NCBI GenBank assembly: GCA_013239625.1 | Contig: MU053588.1 | Location: 3,004,799-3,068,798 of the forward strand | From: Lama guanicoe | Taxonomy: Eukaryota | Direction: 5' to 3' | Length of the DNA: 64,000 nucleotides | Shown here: in pieces, positions 25,584 through 39,960 of the stretch | How the letters are laid out: each line of letters starts with the position of its first letter | Numbering within the stretch: the first letter of the stretch is position 1 | Notes under the pieces: generated by a model | Seen by the model: the letters and a program-made list of their open reading frames with translations, nothing else | Told to the model about the DNA's origin: nothing | The model's database searches: none | Position numbers and translations under genes: made by a program

Positions 25584-28360
25584 CTACCAGCACTAAAATT
25601 GAATCAGTAATTTTAAAACTTCAACAAACAAAAGTCCAGGGCTAGATGACTTCATAGGTGAATTCTACCAAACATTTAGAGAAGAGTTAATGTCTATCCT
25701 TCTGAAACTATTCCAAAAAACTGCAGAGGAAGGAACACTTCCAAACTCATTCTACAAGGCCATCACTATCCTGATACCAAAACCAGACAAAGATATCACA
25801 CAAAAAATTACAAGTCAATATCACTTATGAATATAGATGCAAAAATCCTCAACAAAATACTAGCAAATCGACTTGAACAATATATTAAAAGGATCAAGTG
25901 GGATTGATCCACCATGATCAAGTGGGATTTAGCCCAGGGATACAAGGATTTTTCAATATGTGTAAAATCAATCAATGTGATACACCACATTAACAAATTG
26001 AAAAATAAAAACCATATGATCATATCAATAGATGTAGAAAAAGTTTTGATAAAATTCAACATCCATTTATGATAAACACTCTCCAGAAAGTGGGCATAGA
26101 GGGAACATACCTCAACATAATAAAGGTCATATATGACAAAACCACAGCTAACATCATACTCAGTGGTGAAAGCATTTCCTCTAAGATCAGGAACCAGACA
26201 AAGATGCCCACTCTCACCACTTTTATTCAACATAGTTTTGGAAGTTCTAGCCATAGCAATCAGAGAAGAAAAAGAAATAAAAGGAATCTAAATTGGAAAA
26301 GAAGAAGTAAAACTGTCACTGTTTACAGATGACATGATACTATACATAGAAAATCCTAAAGATGCTACCAGAAAACTACTAGAGCTCATCAGTGAATACA
26401 GTAAAGTTGCAGAATACAAAATTAATACACAGAAATAGCTTACATTTCTATACACTAACAACAAAATAGTAGAAAAAGAAATTAAGGAAACAATCCCATT
26501 TACTATCCCCCAAAAAGAATAAAATACCTAGGAATAAACCTACCCAAGGAGGCAAAGGACCTATATTCTGAAAACTGTAAGACTCTGATGAAAGAAATTG
26601 AAGACAACACAAACAGATGGAAAGACATACCATGTTCACGGGTTAAAAGAATAAATGTTGTTGAAATGACCATACTACCCAAGGCAATCTACAAATTCAG
26701 TGCAATCGCTATCAAATTACCAGTGACATTTTTCACAGAACTGGAACAAAAAAAAATGTTAAAATTTGTATAGAAACATAAAAGACAACAAATAACCAAA
26801 ACAATCCTGAGAAAGAACATACGTGGGGGAATCTCACTCCCTGACTTCAGACTATACTGCAAAGCTACAGTAATCAAGAGTATGGTACTAACACAAAAAC
26901 AGAGACACACAGCTCAATGGAAAGGATAGAAAATCCAGAAATAAGCCCACACACTTATGGTCCATTAGTCTACAACAAAGGAGGCAAGAATATACAGTAG
27001 AGAAAAGACAGTCTCTTCAATGAGTGATACTGGGAAAACTGGGCAGCTACCTGTAAAAGAATGAAATTAGAACATTCTCCAACATCAAATACAAAAATAA
27101 ACTCAAAATGGATTAAAGACCTAAATTTAAGACTGGATACTATAAAACTCCTGGAGGAAAACATAGGCAGAACACTGTTTGACATAAACTGCAGCAATAT
27201 TTTTTTCAAACCAGCTCCTAGAGTAATGAAAATAAAAGCAAAAATTAACAAATGGGACCTAATTAAACTTAAACGCTTTTGCACAGCAAAGGAAACCATA
27301 AACAAAATGAAAAGACAATCTACAGAATGGGAGAAAATACTTGCAAATGACATGATTGACAAGAAACTAATTTCCAAAATACACAAATAGCTCATAGAAC
27401 TTAACATTTAAAAAAAAAACCCAATTAAAAATGGGCAGAGACCTAAATAGACATTTCTCCTAAGAAGACATACTGATGGCCAACAGGCAATGAAAAGATG
27501 CTCAATATCACCAATTATTAGAGAAATGCAAATGAAAACTACAATGAGATATCACTTCACACAGACTAGAATGGCCATCATTAAAAAGTCTACAAATAAA
27601 TGCTGGAGAGGGTGTGGAGAAAAAGGAACCCCCCTACACTGTTGGTGGGAATGTAAATTGGTGCGGCCACTATGGAGGACAGTATGAAGGCTCCCTTAAA
27701 AACTAAAAAAAAAAAGAAAGACTTACCATCTGATCTAGCAATTCCACTTTTGGGCAAATATCTGGAGAAATCTATAATTCAAAAAGACACATGCACCCCA
27801 ATGTTCATAGCAGCACTATTTACAATAGCCAAGACATGGAAGCAACCTAAATATCCATCGACAGATAAATGGATAAAGAAGATGTGGTATATATATATAC
27901 AATGGAATATTACTCAGCATAAAAAAAGAATAAAATAATGCCATTTGCAGCAACATGGATGCACCTAGAGATTATCATATTATGTGAATTAAGTCAAAGA
28001 CAAATATCATATGATATCACTTATATATGGAATCTAAAAGAAGATATAAATTTTATTTATAAATGAGAAATAGATTCACAGATAAGAAACTATGGTTACC
28101 AAAGGGGAAGGGGAGGGGAAAGATGAATTAGGAGTTTGGATTAACAGATACACACTACTATATATAAAATAGATGCACAACAAGGACATACTACTATATA
28201 GCACAGGGAACTATATTCAGTTTCTCTTAATAACATATAATGGAAAAGAATCTGAATAACATATATGCATGTACATGTATAACTGAATCACTTTGCTGTA
28301 TACCTGAAACTAACATTGTAAATCAACTACACTTCAATAAAAAATAAAATTTAAGAAAAT
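25584..28360 (+). mobile_element. 5'-truncated L1 (ORF2 RT to 3' UTR) inserted in an older L1M fragment
   Basis: [11 protein letters not shown] motif near 26320; ORF2 fragment ORFs; TSD ATCTAAATGC at 25574-25583 and 28361-28370. Confidence 0.9.
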
Positions 28361-28457
28361 ATCTAAATGCTTGTCAATGTATTTTAATTTTGTTTCAATT
28401 TTTAAAAGTAAAATAAGCAAAGGATCAGCTAATTCAACCTATCAGGTACAAAGCACC

Positions 28458-28932
28458 TGTATTCATTTTCTATTTTTGCTAGACAAATTACCACAAATTT
28501 ACTGGTTTTAAACAACACCCATTTATTAGCTCACAGAACTTAGTTCCTTGATGTTATGAGACTGAGGTCCCCATTGTCCTGATATGAACACTGTTAGCTA
28601 CTAGAGGACCTTCTCAGGTCCTAGGCGTGAGGTCCCCTCCCATCTCAGCAATGGAGAACATCCCTTAAATCGAATCTTTTTACAGGTCCCTTCTGAGATT
28701 TGCTAGAAAAAAACTGCCTGTTTTTAAACGACTACTGTGATTATATTAAACCAATTCAGATAATCTCTCTGTTAAACTCAAAGTTAACTGATTAGTAACC
28801 CTAATTACATCTGCAAAATTCCTCTTGCCACATAAGGTAACACAATCACAGGCATGATTACTCATCTTATATTCACAGCCCAGGGATTAGGAGTAAATCT
28901 TGGCGTACCATCTTAGAATGCTGCCTACCACA
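28458..28932 (-). mobile_element. MaLR (MLT1-like) solo LTR
   Basis: TG...CA ends; flanks GCACC and GCACT form an imperfect 5-bp TSD; MLT1-like sequence. Confidence 0.65.
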
Positions 28933-29386
28933 GCACTGTATGAAAGCTGTTTATGCTCTCAGGGAGCTCCTTCAGGGTCCCTCATCCGAAAAAATAACAA
29001 AAAAGCTAAACATGGTCAGTCCAAACTTAACATGACACGATAGGAGGTTAAGGACAAAAAACAGAGACAAGAAAGCAAAAGCCCACTTCCTGCTAACCTG
29101 TAAATCTGAGTCACAGATGCATTCATTACCCTCGAACCTTTAGTAATGTTCACAGGTACTGACTGATAGTAGCTAGCGTCAAAATTAACCCCTAACTGAA
29201 GTTATCAGAAACCAAAAGCCATCCCAGCAAACTAGCCAAAAGTGACAGTAAGGCTGCACTAATTCAACCAGGACATTTTATAGACTTCTGATGATTCATT
29301 TATTTAACACTTATTGAGGATTTACTATATGTCAGACATTAAGCCGGGTGCTGAGAACAACATGAAGATTAAAAAACCATGCCCTT

Positions 29387-29575
29387 GGTGGGGGAGGGTA
29401 TAGCTCAAGTGGCAAAGCACATGAAGGTCCTGGGTTCAATCCCGAGGAACTCCTCCAAAAATAATTAAGTAAACCTAATTACCTACCAAAAATAGAATAA
29501 AATAAAATGTTCAGGAAAAAAAATCAAGATTGAGAGAACTGTGCAGAGCATGTAAAAAGAATGGAAAATTTTTTT
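29387..29575 (+). mobile_element. tRNA-derived SINE, Vic-1-like (camelid)
   Basis: GGGGAGGGTATAGCTCAAGTGG (A box) ... GGTTCAATCCC (B box), AT-rich tail; imperfect TSD AAACCATGCCCTT / AAGTCATGTCCTT. Confidence 0.75.
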
Positions 29576-32574
29576 TAAAGTCATGTCCTTATTTGGATGT
29601 GTATTCAAAAATTCTACTGTAAAAAAGAGTGTGGGGGCAGAGTGGAGGACAAAGCAAGAAAAATTATGAGGTAATTGGCAGAAATTTAAACATTTAATAT
29701 TTTATGATACTGGAGAAGTATTACTTTTTGGTGTGATAATGGTACTGTGGTTATGTTTTTAAAAGATCCTTATGTTTTAGTAATACAATTGAAATATTTA
29801 CATATGGAATGACTTGATAACTGGGAGTTGCTTCAAAACAATCCAGGTTTGAGGAGGGCAGTGGATGGGACAAGACTGGCCATGAAATGGTAACTGCTGA
29901 AGCTGCATGAAGAGTACATGTAGATTCATTATATTATTGGCTTTATTTTTACAATGATTTCAAATTTTCCCGAATAAAGAAGTCCCGCTCTCCAGAAGCT
30001 TATAACACAACAGCCAGATATTTCAACAAATAAAATTTTAAGGAAGTCCTCCAGGCAAAAAGGGCAGGCAAGCAGCTACAAAGGCATGTGGATGTGAAGC
30101 CGCAGAGCTTCTGCACACTCTTTGGACGACTTACTAGAGGCCGTGTTACCTAAGAGCACATGTTCTAGGGCCAGACCAGCTGTGCTGGAGTTCCTGCTCC
30201 TGGGTCTCTACTGTGAGACTTCAGACAAGCTATTTGCAATGTTTCTGTGCCTCAGATTCTTCACCTACAAAACAAGGATAATAATAGTACATACTTCACA
30301 GCGCTGTTGTCAGGCGTCAATGAGTTAATCCATGTGTAAAACATTTAGAACAATAGGTGAACAATAAACGCTAGCTGTTAGCGATGGAAGCAGCATCCCA
30401 CCCCACAATACCACACATCATGAAAATCTCATCTACTCTCTACTTGTTGTTACCTTCTTTTGGTTAGACTGTACACCTGTAAAGTAGGAACCATGTCTAC
30501 TGAGCGCTACAGCCCAGAACCTAGCCTACGGCCATGCCCAGAAGAGGCGCTGATCAGTCAACTCTTCTTTCAGGAAGCAGGGCTAGGATCACCAAAAGTC
30601 TCTGTCCAGCCTCCTCTTTATTCCCCCATGGATTAGACCCTGAATTCCTACAATTCTTTGGCTCCCTTTAGTTTCCTTCTTTGTTTGCACCTCATCCTTT
30701 ACTCTGCTCCAGAGATGTCCATTCATTAATGGTGCTCTCTGGTTCCCTCCCTGATAGGTAATACAATGCTTTCTGTATCTTTCTCCCCACTGCTTTATTA
30801 TCTAAACAGACACTACATTTATTCTGCAATTTATAAAGGGTGAAGGGAGGTTGAATTCTAGACCATTCGCCTCATACCTATTTGTGAGAAGCAGACTCCT
30901 CTGGAGAGGAGAAAAGCAGGTAAGATGGTAGCCAGAACATAGGTCTCCCCACCTTCGAGGAGATCCTATAGACATAGTACAATCAGCTAACATCTCACTT
31001 GGGTTTGGAGGGGTGGCATTCACAAACTGCTGGGGAAGAGAAGGAAGCATGGTGGGCAGGAAGTGCAGCTTTATGTTAATTTTTGCTGCAGAAACTTCCG
31101 AATTTCTTTTCCTCCCTCCCCCACTAGTTGACATCCTCATTCTGGCCCAACCCTCTTCCCAGAGAAGAAGAGCCTAAGAACTGAGAAGATACAAGACCAC
31201 AGACGGATATAGACTCTAAAGATGAAGTACGAAGGTCAGATGCAGTTCTCTCTCAAATCTCAACTCTCTGTACAAAGTCCCCTCTGCCCTGAGCAGCAAT
31301 GTGGGGCTGGAACACGATCCTGGTCTCCCCGAGAGCAGGAAGTGCTGGTTGAACGTTAACTAACTACCCAGGAGCAGAAGGAAATGGAGCCCTCTGACGT
31401 TCCTCTCCCTACACATTCTCCCCAAGTTTCCTCTGAGAGGAGGACAATTCAAGGCTACGTTCCCAGCCCTAGGATTTGATGGCTCTTTGCTGTGTGAAAT
31501 GAGGGGAAGGGATCACAAAGCAGAAATGGGACACTAGAAAGGACAGACTAAAAAGAGCTGTTTAAGCATGCTTTATTTAAATGTCAAAGTCTTGTGAAGC
31601 ATGCCAACATCCCTCCCCTGCCTGGTTTCTCTGTGATGATGAGCCTTGCCATGTACTTGGAGCCCCACTGAACCCAGACTCTTCTTGCTTGGGGACTAAA
31701 GAAACAAAAGAAAGGGGGAACTGGGAACAGGAAGACAAATAAAAACAAGCAGAGTGACAGGACCCCTGAAATACTCAGTGTGATTACAAGGAAGTGAAAC
31801 TGGTCTTATTGTAGGGCCCAAACTAGTTTGGAGAGCAACTATACCTGATAAATAACCAAAATATTTTAAGTAATGACAGAACCTTTGGAATAAATATGTA
31901 GCCAACTAGGACAACTACTTTTAAGATGTTCATATTTATCTGGATATGATATACTTGTAAAAGGAATCCTATAACTCATATGAGTCTTATAACTTTATTG
32001 TCTTAACTCACATAGGACTGAGAAACAGTATGATACAACCAGGAGTTTAAGGAGAAGAGAAGATTAGGGGAAAAATAGGAATGTAAATGGTGGCAGAGAT
32101 GTATGGATAAGACAAAAGAAGACCCAAAGGGAAAAATAATACAAAAGGAACAATAAACTCCAGAGATGGAAGCACTATATTAATTATGGCTAAAATCAGC
32201 TAATAGGCCCACTTCCCCAGCTGAAGCTTTTCTGGGGAAAGCTGTCAGCCAGCTTTGTGTGGTCCAAGGTGAAGCGAAGTGGGAGTGAAAATGGGCAGAG
32301 ACAGACATTAATGTCTCCCACTTCCATTTAAATCCAGGAAGGGCTATATTAATATATACTAGAGAATTAGACTTTGCACATTTGTTGGCTACTTTTACAT
32401 TAGACAGAGAAATTTGATTAATGTCAATTCTTCAAAGAAGCAGCTATATAAAGAACCAGCTATAAAACTTGCCTATTCGCTAAATTAAATTAAAGAGCAA
32501 GTTTTTCACAGGGTTTCATGTGTTTGTGAGCATATTCTCTACGGCAACCTCATTTCTAAAGAATCCTAAGTCCT

Positions 32575-33150
32575 CCTATGACCCAGCAATTCCACTCCCA
32601 GATTTACATTCAAGATAAATGAAAATGTATGTCCAGACAAGAACTTGTACACAAATGTTCATAAGCAGGACTATTTGTAATAGCCAGAGTGGAAACCAGC
32701 TATATGTCTGTCAACTATGAATGGTTAAACAAAATGGGGGTATATAATGGAATATTATTTGACAACAAAAAGAAATAAAGTACTTTATATGACACAAAGT
32801 GAATAAGTCTTGAAAACATCATGCTAGGTGGAAGAAGCCAGTCATAAAAGCCACATATTACATGATTCCATCTAAATGAAATACCCAGAATAGGCAAATT
32901 CATAGAGACAAAAAGTGAATAGTGGTTTCCAGAGGATAGAGGGACAAGATGAGAGGAGGGAGGGGAATGAGGAATGATTGCTAATGGGTATGGGGTTTCT
33001 TGTCAGGGGATGAAAATGTTCTAAGGTTGATTGTGGTGATGGTTGCAAAATATTGTGAATATACTAAAAACTACTGAATTATACACTTTAAATGGATAAA
33101 TTGTATAGTGTATTAAATAAAGACTGATAGATCTGTTATCAAAAAAAAGA
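32575..33150 (+). mobile_element. Old L1M 3' end fragment
   Basis: CCTATGACCCAGCAATTCCACTCC... through an A-rich tail. Confidence 0.75.
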
Positions 33151-33399
33151 AGAAGAATCTTAAGGCCTGGATAAGGGCTGTGTCAGCTGGCGGGAATTTA
33201 GACTTCGCTATACTATCCTAAAAACCCATTCAGGCCCATAGCGAGCTTGTAAAACTGCAAAAATCTGAATTTTGATTTAATTTTTAAAAATAACTGACAT
33301 CAAATGTTGGACCTCATTTCTGCTTGCTTCCTACAAAATTCTATACTAGTTGTTCAATTAGTTTAATGAGACATGTCCAAAGTAACTATGGAAATCATT

Positions 33400-34870
33400 C
33401 ACTGAGATCATAAATATTTACTGAGCATCTACTATGTGACAGATGCTTTTCTTGCCTCCAGGAATTCAACAATGAGATACAGAGTCCCTGCCCAAAAGTT
33501 GCTTGCAGTGCTTACTCACCAGGCAGTCTCAAGAAAGTATGCTAAGTGCTACAGAAGGGGTAAGCACTGAATACTTCAGCAGCATAATCTGGGGTTGGTG
33601 TGTTAGTGTAGGATTACAGAAAAAATAATGTCTCAACCAAGGCCTGAAGGATAACAAAACTGATAGGAAAATAATGAGGCATGATAGGAGCACAAAGGCC
33701 CAGATGCAATAGAGAGCAGGGGCAATTAAGGAATAAAGTACGTTGGTGTGGCTGGAGGATAAAGTGCAAATATTGGGGTGGGGGAGGGGCAGGACTGGCA
33801 GAGATGAAGCTGGTGGAGACTGAGGCCTTTTAAATGTGTAACATGACAAAAAACTTGGGAGCCATGCTGAAGAGATCAAAGTGCATCCTGAGGGCAAGAG
33901 AGAACCGTTAAAGGGCTTTAATAGTGGAAAAAATTCTGATCAGAATTTAGTTTATTATAAAATCACTCTAGCTACACTGTGGACAATGAATTAGAGGGGG
34001 AATGGAATTAGACTGGAGGCAAAGAAGGGAGTGAAAGAGAAGACTGTTGCCGTAATCTCAAAAAGGAAATGGTGATGGTTTGAATCAATCGTGCGAGGAA
34101 GGTTAGAAAAAGGAGTGGACAGGTTAGAGAGATATTTAGGAGGTAGCATGGTCAAGACTGAATTATTGGCTAGATGAGGAAATGACAAAGGGAATTGTCT
34201 AGGGTGGTGGCCAGGTTTCTGGCAGAGATCACTGTGGTGCACCAGCCACTAAAAAAAAAAAATATTAGTTTTAAAAATCAGGTTTGGAGGTAAGATAAGT
34301 TCAGTTTTGGACATGTTGCATATTCAAAAGCAGATATCTGGTAGACTGTTGAGATATACAACTCAAAAGAGAATGATTACAACTAAAGTCCCAGACAGCC
34401 TGGTGAGTAGATCTAGAAAGAGGAGAGGGCACAGCTCAGAACTCTAAAGACCACTGACACTGATGGGATGGACAGATCAGAGGAGGTAGCAAAGAAAACT
34501 GCAAAGGAATAGCCAGACTGGTGGGAAGCCAACAGAGTGAGGGCCATGGCAGCAGCTCCAGTGAGTAGAAACTACCTGCATGTGTCAACAGTGTCAAGTG
34601 CTCTGGGACTTCTGGTAAAACAAAGAGAGAAGAATTTAGTGTATTTTGGGGTGACGTCATCATTGGAGACATTAGAGCATTTCAGCTGTGTGACAGGGGA
34701 ACTCCACAATGCTGAGGAATGAATGGGAGATACATAAATGGGGATACCAGCTAAAAACAACTCTGAGGAAGTTTGTCTGTAAAAAGGAAGACAGGGATAG
34801 AGTAGAAGTCAGCAAGAGAAATAGGGTTCAAAAGAGACATTTTAGAATATAAAAAAGACCTAAAATATTT
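33400..34870 (-). mobile_element. Ancient L2 fragments
   Basis: ATTTACTGAGCATCTACTATGTG L2 3' end motif followed by a purine-rich degraded body. Confidence 0.55.
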
Positions 34871-35926
34871 AAATATTAAAATAGATACAGGGAGTTTGTT
34901 ATTTCACATTATAATCATAATCTTCCCCCTAAATTCCTCCTTCCTTCTCACAGGGAACCTGGAAGGGAAGATCGATCCAATAATGTTAGGTGTGAAGTAA
35001 TTTAAGCCAGCGCAGCTTCACAGACTTGTGATGACTTAATTTACTAGCATCTTCTCAAACAGGGTGCCTTAATGCCTCCATTAAAATCTGCTCTCCTATC
35101 AAGTCTTTTCTTTACTTATGACCACACACAATATAAAACTACTGATTTTCTCATCATCTTTGAAGTGATCTATATTCTTCTAAAATGGACCTTTTAAAAA
35201 CCACAATATGTGCTAACTTACAAAGATCCAATGGAGACATGCAAATAGTGGCTCTCCTTCTCTCTTCTCATTTCAGCAGTAGAATCTCCATTGCTAGTTC
35301 TGTGGGAGTGCTTATGAGTTACTGTTTTTAGAGGAGCTGTGGTTTCTGAGGAGGAAAATTGAAGAATCTGTCAAAGCAGTAAGTGTATAGAAGGTACTGA
35401 CCCTAAGACCGACTAGCAGAAAGGCTATCATGCCTGCCCCCTGGGCAATTACTCAAAGATATTACCACACTCTGCCTAAAATGTTGACCCTACTTTATTA
35501 AACTACTTGATATTTCATCCAATTCATTTAGCAAACGATTCTGAGAAGGTTAGAGAGCTTTCAACTACACATGAATCACCTGAAGATTCAGACTGCTTTT
35601 CCCCTACCACCTACTTCCAAATCTACCACACTGAGTTGGGAGCTTTGATGGGGTGGGACTAGGAAGATGACTCAAAAGAAAGGAAAATTTTGGCCTTAAA
35701 TGAGGAACAGGGTGGGCTTAGGTCAAGCATTACAATCCAGGGCTCATGAAAGCATCTAAGTCCTATGTGCCTGAAACTTGGAAAAGAGAGGAGTGCAAGT
35801 GAAAGGGTTCAGGAAACGAAAGGGGTAAGCATCTTTTTTAAAGTATGTCTCATGTGAATCCACCAGCTCCAAGAAAGGTAGATAAACTTCTTTTCTCCTG
35901 AAGAAATTTCAAATCCAGAACCTAAT

Positions 35927-36285
35927 TATATTAGGGTTCTCCATAGAAACAGAACCAATAGGACAGATACAGATTTAGATCTAGATTTAGATCTAGAGAG
36001 AGAGAGAGAGAGTTGGAGAGAGGGATAAACAAAGAGATTTATAAAGAATTGGCTCACATGATTACAGAAGCTGACAAGTCCCAAGATCTGCAGGGCGAGT
36101 CAGCAAGCTGGAAATGAATGAGAGCCAATGGTGTCATTCCAGTCCAAAGGCCAGCTGGCTCAAGAGGAATGTTTCAGCATAAGTCTGAAGGCAGGAAAAT
36201 GCTGATGCTCCAGCTCAAAGGCAGTAAGGCAGAAGGAAGTCTCCCTTACTTAGAGGAAGGTCAACCTTTTTTTCTATTCCATAGG
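35927..36285 (-). mobile_element. MLT2-like (ERVL) LTR
   Basis: TATATTAGGGTTCTCCATAGAAACAGAACCAATAGGA terminus and internal (GA)n. Confidence 0.65.
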
Positions 36286-38139
36286 ATTTGATGGAAAAAG
36301 TGTAACATTTCTTTAGGGAACTGAAGGATGATGGCAATGGCATAAAGGAGGAGGGCATTCCTAATGAAGAAAAGAACCAAAAGACAAAGAATCAGGAGCC
36401 TATGGTGAGTCATCCATGTCAACCGCAGTTAAAAGTATGTGAGGAGAGCTGGTTCGGATTAAGATGTTGGAGTAAGAGGACACAGAACTCCCCTCCCCCA
36501 TCAACATATCAAAAAATGCATCTACATTTGGAACAATTCTCACTGAAAACTAACTAAAAACTGGCAGAAGGACTCCTGTACAACCAAGGCTGTAAGAAAG
36601 ATACACACATAATCAGTAGGAAGAGGAGAGAAGCAATTGGGTCAAGACCTGTGTCTCTGAGAGGAGACTCAGAAGGAAAAGGCAGAATACACGGATGGAG
36701 ACCTGTCCTGGGGACTGAGCGGCAAGAGCCACAAGTTGGGTGTCTCAGCCCTGGGGCCCTAGACAGGGGAGAGAAGCCCCGATGGCTGGTTGGAAGACTG
36801 CTGTGACTCACAGGACGGCTGTGGGAAGTCTGGACTCACTCGTGAGGAGCCCATGAGCACTGGCTAGCCCCCAAGACAGGACAAAGGGAAGTCTGCTCTA
36901 GCAGCTGCCAGGTTTCCCATGACTGCCTAACCATACACCCCAGACCAAGCCAAGTGAGTGCTCCAGCCCCACTCACTCCACATCACAGTATGGCACTGGA
37001 TCTGGGGAGACCACGGTTGGGGTAAAGAATCAACCATGGAACATGGAGGCAACCTCGTCCCAGAACAGAGCCTGCATGGCGTGGTGGTGGCCATTGCTGG
37101 CATTTACTCAAATGTGTTCCTCAGAAGCAGCCCAGATATCTGAGGGTGGCTGCTCCACCACAGCTCACTCCGTGGTATATGCTGAGATTCCACATCGGCC
37201 GTGCCTGCCCTGTGGAGTGGTTCTACAACACAGCAGGGGCAGCAGAGGCTGGGGGCAGTGATCAGCTGTGAGGGACAAAGGGGACTTGCAATCAATGCTG
37301 CATCAGAGAAGAACCATGGACACCTACACAGTCAGCACATAGGACCTCTGTCTGTGGCTAATGTAAGCCAAGAGCCTACAAGAGGCCCACTTGCTTCAGC
37401 ATTTCCCTGCTCTGGGACAAGAGTCCTGGTGCAGGGAGAGAGGAGAACACACATTTAAAGGGAATAGGGGTTTTTGCTCCAGCAACTTGGGGTCAGACCC
37501 CACCTCCAATAGGGTGCTGATGGCCACTGACCAGAGGGGAAGTCCTGCCAGACACCTAGCTCCAGCTCTAGGTCCTCCATATCTCCAGCCCCACACCCTA
37601 CAAAGGTTATAGCTACCAGCACACCTGCAGGCCAAACGTGACTTGTGTCCCTGTCAAATCTGGCTTTCCCACCAAAGGTACTGGGCACACACTGTCTGTA
37701 GTGGGATATTCCCACACAAGAACACCCTTTCAAGACCACAACAGGTAACTGTTTCACCTAAATTCATAAAGGCAAAGAAAGTTAAGCAAAATGAAAAGGC
37801 AGAGGAACTACTCTCAATTGAAAGAGCAAGAGAAAACTGAAAAAATAAATCAGACAAACAATTTATCAGATAAAGAATTTAAAGAATTGGTAATAAAAAT
37901 GTTAACTGAATTAGAGAAAAGAATTGATGTACATATTGAATACTTTAACAAGGAAGTAGAAAATAGAAAAAAATCCACCCAATCAGAAATGAATCACTAT
38001 GCTGTATACCAGAAATTAACACAACATTGTAAATTGACTATACTTTAATAAAAAGAAATGTGTTTGAATTTAAATGACTAACAGTTTATAACAAATAGAT
38101 GTAGTCATAGTCAACATATATAAACCCATGGTAGCCACA

Positions 38140-38512
38140 AATGAGAAAGAAAAATACCATATGAGATTGCTCATATGTGGAATTTAAAAAAAAATGAAAA
38201 TAAATACAAAACAGAAATAGACTCACAGACATAAAATACAAACTTGTGGTTGCCAAAGGGGCAGCGGGGTGGGAAGGGACAGACTGGGATTTCAGAACTT
38301 GTAGATACTGACAGGCATATGAAGAACAGATAAACAAGATTATACTGTATAGCACAGGGGAATATATACAAGATCTTGTGGTGGCTCACAGTGAAAAAAA
38401 ATGTGACAATGAATATATGTATGTTCATGTATAACTGAAAAATTGTGCTCTACACTACAATTTGACACAACATTGTAAAATGACTATAACTCAATAAAAA
38501 ATGTATTAAAAA
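38140..38512 (+). mobile_element. Younger L1 3' end nested in the inter-ORF spacer of the large L1
   Basis: Same family as 1-325; ends AATAAA plus an A-rich tail; host spacer sequence resumes afterwards. Confidence 0.8.
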
Positions 38513-39960
38513 ACCCAATAATACATACACAAAAACTAAAAAGAAAGTAAACACAAGCATACCACTAAAGAAAATCAAGCTACAAGTGAAGAAACAAAAA
38601 GAAGAAATGAACAGAGAAGAACTACAAAAACAACTGGAAAATGATTAGTAAAATGGTAATAAGTTCATACCTATCAATAATTACTTTAAATGTCAATAGA
38701 CTAAATGCTCTAATCCAAAGATATAGAATGACTGATTGGATCAAAAAAAATCCAAGACCCATCTATACACTGCCTACAAGAAACACATTTCAGAGCTCAA
38801 GGCACATACAGACTAAAAGAGAGAGGATGGAAAAAGATATTTCATGTTAATGGAAATGACAAGAAAGTGGAGGTAGCAATACTCATATCAGACAAAATAT
38901 TCTTTAAAAGAAAGTCTGTAACAAAAGACAATGAAGGGCATTATATAATGATAAAAGGATCAATACAAGAAGAGTATATTACACTTGTTAACATATATGC
39001 ACCCAATATAGGAGTACCAAAATATGTAAAGCAAAAACTAACACACATAAAAAGAGAAAATGACAATAATACAATATATTTGGGGACTTTAATACCCTAC
39101 TTACATCAATGGACAGATCATCCAGACAGAAACTCAACTAAGTGACACAATAGTCCAGTTAGACTTAATAGATCTCTATAGGACATTCTGTCCAAAATTA
39201 TCAGAATACGCATTATTTTCAAGCACGCATGGAATGTTCTATAGGATAGATCATATGCCAGGTCACAAAAACAAGTTTCAACAAATTGAAGACGATAGAA
39301 ATTATATCAAGCATGTTTTCTGACCACAGTGGTATGAAATTAAAACTCAATTACAGAAAGAAAAATGGGAAAAGAACAAACATGTGGAGACTAAATAGGC
39401 TACTAAGAAACCAAAGGGCCAATAAGAAATCAAAGAGGAAATCAGAAAATACCTTGAGACAAATGAAAATGGGAACACAACACTCCAAATTCTATGGACT
39501 CCAGAAAAAGAAGTTCAAAGAGGGAGTTTATAGTGATGCAGGCCTTCCTGAAAAAACAAGAAAAATCTCAAACAACCTAATCTACCGTCTAAATGAATTA
39601 GAAAAAGAAGAACAAACAAAGCCCAAAGTCAGAAAAAGGAAGGAAATAGTAAAGATCAGACTGGAAATAAATAAAATAGAGACCTCCCCCCAGCATAATA
39701 GAAAAGATAAATAAAACTGAGAGCTGATTTTTTTAAAACTAAACAAAATTGATAAACGTTTAGCCATGCTCACTAAGAAACAAGAGGAGCAAAATAAATA
39801 AGAAATGAAAGAGGAGAAATAAAAATTGATACCAAAGAGATACAAAAAAATCATAAGAGACTGCTATAAAGTTATATGCTAATAAATTGGACAACCTAGA
39901 AAAAAATGGACACATTTCTAGAACATACAACTTGCCAAAATGGAATCAAGAAGAAACTTT

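Noticed and set aside
25808..27938. ORF cluster as novel genes or an active reverse transcriptase
   Set aside because: Frameshifted L1 ORF2 fragments and their antisense shadows; the same applies to 38641-39854 and 42749-44445.
29391..29455. tRNA gene
   Set aside because: The anticodon arm is deleted and it has a SINE tail and TSD-like flanks.
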